DNA of 64,000 bases, taken from Octopus sinensis (lineage: Eukaryota). The DNA lies in contig NC_043020.1 in the NCBI RefSeq assembly GCF_006345805.1, positions 9,982,001 through 10,046,000 on the forward strand, read 5' to 3'. The first letter of the stretch is position 1. Every line of letters starts with the position of its first letter. The translations under genes were made by a program, and so were the position numbers. Below the pieces are notes generated by a model. It worked only from the letters and a program-made list of their open reading frames with translations. It was not told the origin of the DNA and ran no database searches. Of the stretch, positions 50,758 through 63,500 are shown piece by piece.

Positions 50758-50939
50758 GGGTCTCTATAAAACAAGAAAAAGCAGCATCAACTGCAGCAGC
50801 AGCAGTAATATATTCTAACAACAACAACAAAAGTAATGTAAATTAACACTCATTAATGCAATCAACAGTTACCGTAGCAACGACGCAGCTACATTGCTAT
50901 AGAAACAAAGTAGCATGTAGAGTTGGCAGAGTTTTGTCA

Positions 50940-51007
50940 GTCAGCACGGCAATGTGTGTGTCTGTGTGTGTTTGTGTGTGTACGTGTGTGTGTGTGTGTG
51001 TATGTGT

Positions 51008-51039
<32 letters not shown>

Positions 51040-51609
51040 ATTTGTGTAGGTTGTGTATTTGTGCCAGGTGTGTTTTATTTAGTACCTGTGTGTGTGTTGT
51101 GTGTAAGAATATATGTATGCATATATGAGTGAGTGTGTGTGTGTGTGCGCATGTGTGTGTTGTGTGTGTGTATGTGTGCATGTGTGTGTGTGTGTGCATG
51201 AATTTGTGCAGGTTATGTATTTGTGCCAGGTGTGTTTTATTTAGTACCTATGTGTGTGTGCGTATGTATAAGAATATATGTATGTATATATGAATGTGTG
51301 TGTGTATGTATACATATATTCATATATGTATATATAAGTGTGTATGTGTGCACATATATATATATGTTTGAACTTATGTATATATGTGTATGTGTGTGCA
51401 TATCTGAGTGTAAGTATATATGAGTGTATGTCTGTGTGCACATATGTGTATGTATATGTATGTATGAATACAAGTATATTTAAATATGTGTTTGTGTGTG
51501 CATATATATGCTTGTATCTATGTAAGCATGTACATATGTATGTATGTATGTATGTATGTTTGTATGTATGTATGTATGTATGTATGTATGTATGTACATA
51601 TGTATGTAC

Positions 51610-51640
<31 letters not shown>

Positions 51641-52630
51641 TGTATGTATGTATGTATGTATGTATGTATGTATTTATTTATTTATCTATGCATGTGTAGA
51701 AATGTATAATTGTATGTATATATATAAGCATAAATGTGTATGTAAAAGTATATATGTATGTGTATATGTATGTATGCATGTATGTATGTATGTATGTATG
51801 TATGTATGTATTTATTTATTTATCTATGCATGTGTAGAAATGTATAATTGTATGTATATATATAAGCATAAATGTGTATGTAAAAGTATATATGTATGTG
51901 TATATGTATGTATGCATGTATGTATGTATATATGTATGTATGTATGTATTTATTTATTTATCTATGCATGTGTAGAAATGTATAATTGTATGTATATATA
52001 TATGCATGTATATCTGTATGTGTGTATGTATGTATGTATGTATGTATGTATGTATGTATGTATGTATGTATCTATGTATGTATGTATATCTGTATGTATG
52101 TGTGTATGTATGTATGTGTGTATGTATATGTATGTATGTATATGTATGTATGTATGTGTATATGTGTTATGTGTGTGTGTAAAAGAAAAATCAATAAACC
52201 AATCAATAACAGAAAAACTACAGAAATAAATAAAAAGGATACCAATTTCCTGACGTCTGTCCAAAACCAGGCGTGGACACACGGACATGTGATTTGTATG
52301 ACCACCTGGATGGTGGTGGTGGTATTGGTGGCAGTGCTATTGGTTACTGTGGCTATGGTAGTGACAGTGGTGCTTATAAAGATGATGATGGTAGTGGTGG
52401 TGGTGGTGGTGGTGGTCATAGTGGATTTGGTTGTGATGGCGATGGTGGGGGGGGAAGGTAGTGGTGATTGTGGTAAAGGTTTTTTTTGGTGGCAGTGGTG
52501 GTAGTGATGATGATGATGACAATGATGATGATAATAATGTTGATGATGATGATGATGATGACAACGACGATGATGCAGATGGTAATGATGATGATGATGA
52601 TGATGATGATGACAACGACGATGCAGATGG

Positions 52631-52673
<43 letters not shown>

Positions 52674-52746
52674 GACGATGATGATGATGATGATGATGAT
52701 GGTGATGGTGATGATGATGATGACAACGACGATGATGCAGATGGTA

Positions 52747-52777
<31 letters not shown>

Positions 52778-52880
52778 CAACGGGGATGATGAGGATGACA
52801 ATAATTGCAGTGAATGGTAATAGTGCTGGCAAAGTACTGTTTTTGTACTCTGTAGAGGTGAGGTGTCTGTGTGTGTGTGT
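50940..52880. repeat. Compound (TG)n / (TATG)n / (GGT)n / (GAT)n microsatellite block
   Basis: Direct reading. Confidence 0.95.
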
Positions 52881-55047
52881 GTATGTGTATGGATAGAAGG
52901 GATACTAAAATCAATTAGGAACAAACCTTGCTTTACATATCTGTCTAAACCAGGATCTTAACCCCTTTATCACTCACCCTTCAAATGACACCACCCCGCT
53001 GGCCAAGGGAACAGGCAAACAGAAGAAAGCATAAGAGAAAGTTGTGGAGAAAGAGTACAGCAGGGATCGCCACCACCCCCTGCCGGAGCCTTGTGGAGCT
53101 TTAGGTGTTTTCGCTCAATAAACACTCACAACACCTGGTCTGGGAATTGAAACCTATTTCTTTATTACCCACAAGGGGCTAAGCACAGCGGGGACAAACA
53201 AGGACAGACATAGGTATTAAGTCGATTACATTGACCCCAGTGCGTAACTGGTACTTAATTTATCGACCCCGAAAGGATGAAAGGCAAAGTCGACCTCGGC
53301 GGAATTTGAACTCACAACGTAACGCAGACGAAATACCTATTTCTATTTCTTTATTACCCACAAGGGGCTAAACATAGAGGGGACAAACAAGGACAGACAA
53401 ACAGATTAAGTCGATTTCATCGACCCCAGTGCGTAACTGGTACTTAATTTATCGACCCCGAAAGGATGAAAGGCAAAGTCGACCTCGGCGGAATTTGAAC
53501 AAACAATGTAACGCAGACGAAATACCGCTAAGCATTTCGCCCGGCGTGGTAACGTTTCTGCCAGCTCATTTCTGGGAATTGAAACCGCATTCCTACAACC
53601 GCGAGCCTGCTGCCCTAACCACTGGGCCATTTTGCCTCCATGTTAGCATAATAGCGTATCATTATTTTGCTTCATTATATAATGAGATCCATGCTGCATA
53701 AATCCAGATATCGAATCCAAGTACTAAAAGCTGAATGCAAAGTACAAACCTTAATATTCAAAATCCACAATGATAAGGGCACATAAATCGGAATGTAACA
53801 GATATAAATATATTTTTAAAAGACCTTTGAGTAATATACTCATTACTCTTTTACTCTTTTACTTGTTTCAGTCATTTGACTGCGGCCATGCTGGAGCACC
53901 GCCTTTAGTCGAGCAACTCGACCCCGGGACTTATTCTTTTGTAAGCCTAGTACTTATTCTATCGGTCTCTTTTGTATATATATATATACATATATACGAC
54001 GGGCTTCTTTTCAGTTTCCGTCTACCAAATCCACTCACATGGCTTTGGTCAGCCCGAGGCTATAGTAGAAGACACTTACCCAAGGTGCCACGCAGTGGGA
54101 CTGAACCCGGAACCATGTGGTTGGTTAGCAAGCTACTTACCACACAGCCACACTTACCACACAGCCACTCCTGTGAGAATTTATTAAAAATATGCAAGGT
54201 AAAGCCAATAAAGACAAAGGCAAGATATTATATTGCCCTTTATAGGATATCTATTGTTTCTATTATATTTTGGGAAAACTTTCCTTTATCAAATATAAGA
54301 TAGAAAATAAAGGAGTTCAGAGAAAAAGTGTTATTGCTGGCAGGCCATTCTAGTGAGTTGTGAACTCAGAAGTAAGGGTCCAAGAGTGAGCATGATGAAG
54401 ACTTCTTATTTCACCAAGACACACTCAGCTATGCTGCAACAATACACGAGTTTCCTGACTCAGAATTGCCTCAACAAACATGGACAAGTGAGAAGGGTAA
54501 AGTTAAATAACCACCATGATTTCAGGTGTTATCTGGTGACCCCCTTCGGTCAGACAATGACCATGGGCTTGCACCTAGAGAGTTACCCTCTGAGGCACAA
54601 GTCTGGGCAAGGTTGTTTTATGGAAGACCAGCAGTCGCCCATGCATACCGGCCTCCCCTCTCCATGCCACCAGTGTTGTCCAAGGGAAAGGCAAAGGGGC
54701 CGATACAGCTTGGCATCTGTGACGTCGCAACTCATTTCTACAGCTGAGTGAACTGGAGCAACGTGAAATAAAGTGTCTTGCTCAAGAACACAACACGCAG
54801 CCCGGTCCGGGATTCAAGCTCACAACCTCACGATCGTAAGCTCGACGCTCTAACCACTGAGCCACGTGCCTTGCTGCAACAATACATGAGTTTCCTGACT
54901 CAGAATTGCCTCAACAAACATGGACAAGTGGCTGGGGTAAAGTTAAATAACCACCATGATTTCAGGTGTTATCAAAGGTAAAATATTTCCAAGAATATCT
55001 TGAACAGTTCTGCTACAAAGGTATACATTCATAAGACAAAGTTTTAA

Positions 55048-55269
55048 CCCTTTTGTTACCAACCTGGCCAAAACCGCCTCTGGCTCTGTAGTACAAATGT
55101 CTTGTTTTCATAAGTTTTGAATTAAAATCTTACACCAAACCTTAGTCACAATTTATGTTCCTAACACTAGCTGAATGATAACTAAGTTATTTCACTAAAT
55201 TCTTTGTTATATTTAAAATTAATTAAAAGAAACACAGAGCATCTCAACAGAAATATGGTAACAAAAGGG
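55048..55269. mobile_element. piggyBac-like MITE. Second copy 55394-55614
   Basis: TTAA|CCCTTTTGTTACC...GGTAACAAAAGGG|TTAA. Confidence 0.88.
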
Positions 55270-56879
55270 TTAATCTTTTTCGCTCTGTAGAATTTCCACA
55301 GGTCCCATTAGTATTGATGCTGAAGATTTGAAAGGTGAAGATGACCTCAACAGCAATAAAATCATTCTTTCTTTCTTAAATAGCTTCACTTAACCCTTTC
55401 GCTACCAACCCAGCCAAGACCACCTCTGGCTCTGTAGTACAAATGTTTTGTTTTCATAAATTTTGAATTAAAATCTTACACCAAACCTTAGTCACAATTT
55501 ATGTTCCTAACACTAGCTGAATGATGACTTTGTTATTTTACTAAATCCTTTGTTATATTTAAAGTAATTGAAAGAAACACAGAGCATCTCAATATAAATA
55601 CAGTAAGGTAAGGGTTAAAAGAAATTTATGACAATATAATGTCCTCTGAATCAAGCTGTGTTTATGAATGTATAAATACCAGTGGAGAAAAGTCAGCTTA
55701 ACAGATTGTATTTCATTAGAATATGAGAGACCAAAGACTTGTTTAATTGTAATATATTTCTTTATTGCCCACCAGGGGCTAAACATAGAGGGGACAAACA
55801 AGGATAGACAAACGGATTAAGTCAATTAAGTTAATTACATCGACCCCAATGCGTAACTGGTACTTAATTTATCGATCCCGAAAGGATGAAAAGCAAAGTC
55901 GACCTCGGCGGAATTTGAACTCAGAACATAGCGGCAGATGAAATACCTATTTCCTTACTACCCACAAGGAGCTAAACATAGAAGGGACAAACAGGGATAG
56001 ACAAACGGATTAAATCAATTACATCGACCCCAATGCGTAACTGGTACTTAATTTATCGATCCCGAAAGGATGAAAGGCAAAGTCGACCTCGGCGGAATTT
56101 GAACCCAGAACGTAAGGACAGGAAATGCCGCTAAGCATTTCACCCGGCGTGCTAATGTTTCTTATTTCTTTATTGCCCACCAGGGGCTAAACATAGAAGG
56201 GACAAACAAGGATAGACAAACGGATTAAGTGAATTACATCGACCCCAATGCGTAACTGGTACTTAATTTATCGATCCCGAAAGGATGAAAAGCAAAGTCG
56301 ACCTCGGCGGAATTTGAACTCAGAACTTAACGGCAGATGAAATACGGCTACGTATTTCGCCCAGCGTGCTAATGATTCTGCCAGCTAGCCACCTTTTGTT
56401 TAATTGTAATAAATATAAATAAGTATATCAGCCTTGTTCTAATTTAATTCAGTTATTGCAATAACCATAACTTGGTATTCATCAGCATGTTGCCTTTATT
56501 TTCTCATAATAAAGACTACATACATAGTTTTGCACCTGATACGTGTGTATGTGTGTGTATGCATGCACATGTGTGCATGTGAGGTTGCTCTTGAATGTTA
56601 CATATAGCATCTATCTCAGTGCAACCTGTTGCATGGTTGGGCCATTGGCAACTAAACTGGCAACATCACCAAGATTGCTTGGTGAGTAAGATAGTTTTTG
56701 AAGGTCCTGCAGGATAGAAAATAACACCTGCTGAAGAATGGATGACCTGAAGAATCAATGACCATCCAGTAACATGATACCTTGGGAGTGCAACGAATAA
56801 AGATAGAACATTAAATTCAGATATATCTCTTAGGATTCAAAATCCATCAAAGTCTTTTGGTAGCTTAGAGTTTCAGGGT

Positions 56880-57360
56880 TTTTCATTTCATTTCATTTCA
56901 TTTGAGTTTGAGTCCATGCTCAGGCCAAGTCGAAGACTCCACCCTCAGAGTCTGGTGTGGTTGCCGGGTTGTATTCTCTGTTTAATTTTGACATGTGTAG
57001 GAGTGAGTTTGAGTCAGTTTGTGCTCGTTGTGTATATCCTGGGAGATGGGGTTCATCTCTAATGGTGCTTAAGTATCTATCCAGCTGCAATTTGAATGAT
57101 TCCACACTGCATCCTGATAGATTTCTGACATGTACCAGAATGGAGTTGAATAGTTGTGCTCCTCGAACCAACAGACTTGACTCTCGCAGGGTTTTTGCTA
57201 GTCACATAGACGTATTAACATTAAAACAAAAGTATCTGTTTGCAAATCTTTTGTGTGACCCTCTTTTCTATACTGCCCTGAAACTTGGGCATGTTACAAA
57301 CATCATTTCAGACCCCTGGAAAAATTCCATTGAAAATTCTTGTGCCATATTTTTTTCTAC
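56880..57360 (-). mobile_element. CR1/L2-group LINE 3' end with (TGAAA)n tail
   Basis: VRGAQLFNSI..VRNL...SVESFKLQLDRYLSTIRDEP...SNSLL. Confidence 0.8.
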
Positions 57361-57930
57361 TCTAGTCATAAATCCTGAAATTTTGGGGGAGGGGGCCAGT
57401 CAATTAGATTGACCCAGGTACGCAACTGGTACTTAATTTATCAACCCTGAAAGGATGAAGGGCAAAGTTGACCTCGGTGGAGTTTGAACTCAAAAAATAA
57501 AGACAGACAAAATACCTATTTCGCCACAACTTTCTCTCACTCTTTCTTCTGTTGGCCTACTCGCTTAGCCAGCAGGGTACCATCATTTGAAGGCTAAAAC
57601 AATGCGAAACGCATTGTGACCGGCGATGTGTAGCAACATCTGATAGTCTGGTCAGTCACGGTGATCACGGTGATATATATACATATATATAACATTTGAA
57701 TAATCAGGGAGATAAATTGAATATTAATTTAATTAATATCAATTCAAAACCAGTAGCCTAGCGTATAAAAAATCTGAAAAATCAGAAAAAAATCCAATAC
57801 ATGTGTATATTTAGGGCTAAAAAACCACTATGTGGACAGCCATATGCTAGAATAAGATCACATACGATCTAACTACAAAGAAAGAATGTTCTCCAGAGAA
57901 AATTCAGCGAATATATATATATATACACAC

Positions 57931-57971
<41 letters not shown>

Positions 57972-58157
57972 GTAAGTATATGAAAGAATGGAGTTGAACG
58001 ACTAGTTAACAAATATTTATTCTCGACATATGTTTCGAAGGCTGCATATTCCTATCTATCTATCTATCAACCGTGTTCTTTCTGATGTGAATTTGCTACC
58101 CAGGTATCGGTTATCTTTCGAATTATCCTTAATAAGATAATTCATTCAATTACTCAA

Positions 58158-58198
<41 letters not shown>

Positions 58199-58789
58199 AT
58201 GAGCTTCCTTCAGTTTGTATTTATCAAGGTGCAGGTATGACTATGAGGTAAGAAGTTTGCTTTCCAATCTCATGGTTTCGAGTTCACTCCCACTGCATGG
58301 CACCCTGGGCAAGTGTTTTCTACTACAGCCTTAGGCCAACCAAAGCCTTGTGATTGAATTTAGTAGATGGAAACTGTAAGAAGCCCATCATAAATATGTG
58401 TGTGTGCGTGTGTGTGTCTTTGTCTGTGTTTGTCCACCACCACCACCACCACCACTACTACTTGACAACTGGTGTTGGTGTGTTTATGTCCCCCGCCACT
58501 TAGTGGTTCAGCAAAAGAGACCAAAGAAATAAGTACCAGGCTTTTAAAGGAAAAAAAAGTACTGGGGGGTCAATTCATTCAACTAAAGGTTCTTCAAGGC
58601 AGTGCTCCAGTATGGCCATAGTGTAATGACTGAAACAAGTAAAAGATAAATGCACTCAGTAGTAGTAGTAGTAGTAGTAGTAGTAGCAGCAGCAGCAGCA
58701 GCCTGAACATACGACCCACTCCCTCATTGTGAATTTGTTCCAAGAAAAAAATAAAGTTATGGATTTCTGAGAAAAATATCTGTAAATCA

Positions 58790-58870
58790 ATTTGTCTGTC
58801 TGTCTGTCTGTCTTTCTATTTACCAACCTACTTATCTTTCTGTCTGTCTGTCTGTCTGTTTATTTATCTA

Positions 58871-58901
<31 letters not shown>

Positions 58902-58932
58902 CTGCCAATCTATCTATCTATCTATCTGTCTG

Positions 58933-58963
<31 letters not shown>

Positions 58964-58980
58964 GTCTGTCTGTCTGTCTA

Positions 58981-59039
<59 letters not shown>

Positions 59040-59100
59040 GTCTGTCTGTCTGTCTATATATCTATCTATCTATCTATCTGTCTGTCTGTCTGTCTATCTA

Positions 59101-59155
<55 letters not shown>

Positions 59156-59175
59156 GTCTGTCTATCTATCTATCC

Positions 59176-59207
<32 letters not shown>

Positions 59208-59276
59208 GTCTGTCTATCTATCTATCTATCTATCTAACTGTGTGTCTATCTGTCAATCTATCTATGTGTCCGACTA

Positions 59277-59321
<45 letters not shown>

Positions 59322-59377
59322 TTATATACCACTACATATCTTTCTACCCCTCTATCTGTCTGTCTGTCTGTCTGTCC

Positions 59378-59452
<75 letters not shown>

Positions 59453-59510
59453 CATCTGCCCGTCTGTCTGTGTCTGTCTGTCTATCTATCTATCTATCTA
59501 TCTATGGCGA
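58790..59510. repeat. (TCTA/TCTG)n tetranucleotide tract
   Basis: Direct reading. Confidence 0.95.
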
Positions 59511-60139
59511 AAGAATGTGTATGGTGGACACGTCTGAAAGACAAACACTTTCCTCTCGGGTGAATCTCTCATCAACTTCTTCAAGTATCATTTAAAGAGG
59601 AAGGTGAGAACGGAGAGGGAAGTTTTTGTCTAGTGAATGTTTCAAAAAAAGATGGGTAAATGTAGCAAGGATGGCACGTGTGAATGACGGAGCCACCTTG
59701 AGCATAGACCTATGAACCAGAAAAAGAAAGGAAAAAAGAGAGTCACTTACTGTAATGCATCTTTTTGCATAACATTATTGCCCGAGGTTACTGTGGTCTT
59801 TTCCATAGGCTTTTCTTTCCACGGATAAGCCTAATCTGTTTCCCATTTTACACTACGACACTTCTGTGATACGCGATCCCTATTCCTCTTTTTTACTCTT
59901 TTATTTGTTTCAGTCATTTGACTGTGGCCATGCTGGAGCACAGCCTTTAGTCGACAAATCGACCCCAGGACTTATTTTTTTTGTAAGCCTAGTACTTATT
60001 CTATCAGTCTCTTTTGACGAACTGCTAAGTTACGGGGATGTAAACACACCAGCATCGGTTGTCAAGCGATGTTGGGGGACAAACACAGACACACAAACAC
60101 ATACATACATACATATATATTATATATATATATATATTA

Positions 60140-60179
<40 letters not shown>

Positions 60180-60824
60180 ATATATAATATATATCATATT
60201 ATATATATATACATATACATATATACGACAGGCTTCTTTCAGTTTCTGTCTACCAAATCCACTCACAAGGCTTTGATCGGCCCGAAGCTATAGTAGAAGA
60301 CACTTGCCCAAGGTGCCATGCAATGGGACTGAACCCGGAACCATGTGGTTGGTAAGCAAGCTACTTACCACACAGCCACTCCTGCGCTTTTTTTTTTTTT
60401 TTACCATGATCCCTTTTGATCGAAATTCTACCTCCCCTTTTTTGTTCTTTCCTTCCCCAAAAGAAAAGCTCTACTTTGGATTTTGCCCCCTCTGTGTTCA
60501 GCCCTGTGTGACCAATAAAGAAACATAGCTACCACCTACATATCTACCCAACTACCCGGTTATTTATCTTTCTCCTTTTCTTCTTTATTTTCTCCCTCAC
60601 TCTCTCGATATCCTCCTTCTTTCTCTTCACCTCTCACTCATCCTTCTTCTCTCTTTCTTTCTTCATTTCTTCCCTCCCTCTCTTCACTTCACTTCCTCCT
60701 CCCCATCTTACTCATAACCAACCTTAAACAGGGATTCTTATTCCCACAAACATTGCAATGGATGGAGGAGGGTTGAAGGCCCCACAATCTCACTACCATG
60801 TACTTGGGTGTGACTGTGAGTGAG

Positions 60825-61890
60825 TGTGTGTGTGTGTGTGTGTATGAATGTGTACATGAGTAAATATGTGTGTGTGTGTATGAATGTGTACATGAGTAAA
60901 TATGTGTGTGTGTGTATGAATGTGTACATGAGTAAATATGTGTGTGTGTGTATGAATGTGTACATGAGTAAATATGTGTGTGTGTGTATGAATGTGTACA
61001 TGAGTAAATATGTGTGTGTGTGTATGAATGTGTACATGAGTAAATATGTGTGTGTGTGTATGAATGTGTACATGAGTAAATATGTGTGTGTGTGTATGAA
61101 TGTGTACATGAGTAAATATGTGTATGTGTGTATGAATGTGTACATGAGTAAATATGTGTGTGTGTGTATGAATGTGTACATGAGTAATATGTGGGTTGTG
61201 TATGAATGTGTACATGAGTAAATATGTGTGTGTGTGTATGAATGTGTACATGAGTAAATATGTGTGTGTGTGTGTATGAATGTGTACATGAGTAATATGT
61301 GTATGTTGTGTATGAATGTGTACATGAGTAAATATGTGTGGTGTGTATGAATGTGTACATGAGTAAATATGTGTGTGTGTGTATGAATGTGTACATGAGT
61401 AAATATGGTGTGTGTGTATGAATGTGTACATGAGTAAATATGTGTGTGTGTGTATGAATGTGTACATGAGTAATATGTGTATGTGTGTATGAATGTGTAC
61501 ATGAGTAAATATGGGTGTGTGTGTATGAATGTGTACATGAGTAAATATGTGTGTGTGTGTATGAATGTGTACATGAGTAAATATGTGTGTGTGTGTATGA
61601 ATGTGTACATGAGTAAATATGTGTGTGTTGTGTATGAATGTGTACATGAGTAAATCTGTGTGTGTGTGTTATGATGTGTACATGAGTAAATATGTGTGGT
61701 GGTGTATGAATGTACATGAGTAAATATGTGTGTGTGTGTATGAATGTGTACATGAGTAAATATGTGTGTGTGTGTATGAATGTGTACATGAGTAAATATG
61801 TGTGTGTGTGTATGAATGTGTACATGAGTAAATATGTGTGTGTGTGTATGAATGTGTACATGAGTAAATATGTGTGTATGTGTGTGTGTG
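60825..61890. repeat. ~36-bp minisatellite, about 29 copies
   Basis: tgtatgaatgtgtacatgagtaaatatgtgtgtgtg. Confidence 0.95.
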
Positions 61891-62511
61891 TGTGTCCATT
61901 TACTTCTTCATAAGTCATCAAGTTTCCAGAAAACAAATTATGAAACCGGTTCTCTCTTACCCACCACCACCACCACCACCACCACCACCACCACCACCTT
62001 TCCCTCTCTCTCTCTCTCTCTCTTTCCCCTGATCCCCATCTCTCCTGCTGTTTCTCCACTTCATCCCTCTCATTTCACCAGGAAACATCAATCAATGTTT
62101 TTTTTGTTTTCACCAACATTTCCTCGGAGTCATACAAATTTTTTTACTTCCAACCACTGATCGACCAGCCTGCTGGAAATAGCAGCCAAATTCCACCAAA
62201 ACAACACTCAATCATCCTAAAAGATGAAAGACATGCTGAACGATGTAATCATAGAATATAAAAATGAAAAGAAACGCAAAAAAAAAAAAATGACAAGAGG
62301 GGGATGACTGAAATTTTTTTCAAAAATTCTCTGAAAATTCTTCAAAAATCACACTTGTATGATGCCAAAATTTTACACGCTCTTTAGATGCCAGAAAATC
62401 TGGAACTGTCCCCTTCTACCATCTTGAATAAGAAAGGGACCTTTACGTTAGTGCAATTTTATGTAGTTTTACATACCTGTAAAGAGGCTCACCTTATCGT
62501 TTAGAAGGCCC

Positions 62512-62810
62512 ATCATCATCATCCATCATTGTTCGACTGTGGTCGAGACAATGGAATTTACCATGCTACGCCAGACTTCACGGTCCATCATGGCATTACG
62601 GAGGTCCTGTTGCTGGATGCCTGTATCCCTGGAGATTATATCAGGGTAGGAGAGTGTGCGCCCTCTGGTATTGCGAGTAGATGGCTTCCAGAGGAGAAGA
62701 GTAGAAATTACTTCTTTTTCAGCTCTAGAACAATGTCCAGCAAACTGGACTCTCCTACCCTTCACAAGAGATGACACAGGTGTTAGTTTCCCATATATTT
62801 GCATTTTTTA
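62512..62810 (-). mobile_element. RTE-clade LINE 3' end with (ATG)n tail
   Basis: RRVQFAGHCSR..EVISTLLLWKP...RGRTLSYPDIISRDTG...DREVWR. Confidence 0.85.
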
Positions 62811-63340
62811 TATAGAAGGCCCAGTTAGTCACTATTATCATCATTGTCATCGTCATCATCATCATCATTATCATAATCATTGTAGTCGACATCATCATCA
62901 TCAACAACAAGCGAGCCTCTGTACAGTTTCTCAGCCTACTAGAAATATCAATTAAACAACCTTTAAATCACAACTCTACAAAACACACCTTAATTGTCAG
63001 AAGCCTCATTCATCAGAATACTGTGGATTTATGCCATTTATGACATTTTGTCATTTGCATAACAGTTTCAAGTTATAAATACAAATGTTTTTCAATATAT
63101 ATATGTGTGTGTGTGTAGGCCGTTCGCCAGCCTCGTCTGGCACCTGTGTCGGTGGCACATAAAATCACCCACTACACTCTTGGAGTGGTTGTCGTTAGGA
63201 AGGGCATCCAGCTGTAGAAACACTGCCAGATCTGAGTGGCCTGGTGCAGCCTTCGGGCTCCCCAGACCCAGTTGAACTGTCCAACCCATGCTAGCATGGA
63301 AAGCGGACGTTAAACGATGACGATGTATATATATGTATAT

Positions 63341-63388
<48 letters not shown>

Positions 63389-63488
63389 NNNNNNNNNNNN
63401 NNNNNNNNNNNNNNNNNNNNNNNNNNNNNNNNNNNNNNNNNNNNNNNNNNNNNNNNNNNNNNNNNNNNNNNNNNNNNNNNNNNNNNNN
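63389..63488. other. Assembly gap of 100 N
   Basis: N run. Confidence 1.
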
Positions 63489-63500
63489 ATATACTATACT

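Noticed and set aside
58015-58055. Half hammerhead on the minus strand (cgaaac-atat-gtc)
   Set aside because: The 3' half looks right, but the CUGANGA half is missing and replaced by microsatellite.
59751-59830. Possible minus-strand exon ending at a strong gtaagt donor
   Set aside because: No convincing acceptor or partner exon, and the peptide is unrecognisable.
60689-62059. His/Thr/Tyr-rich ORFs, and similar ORFs at 51-53 kb and 58.8-59.6 kb
   Set aside because: They are translations of mini- and microsatellites.
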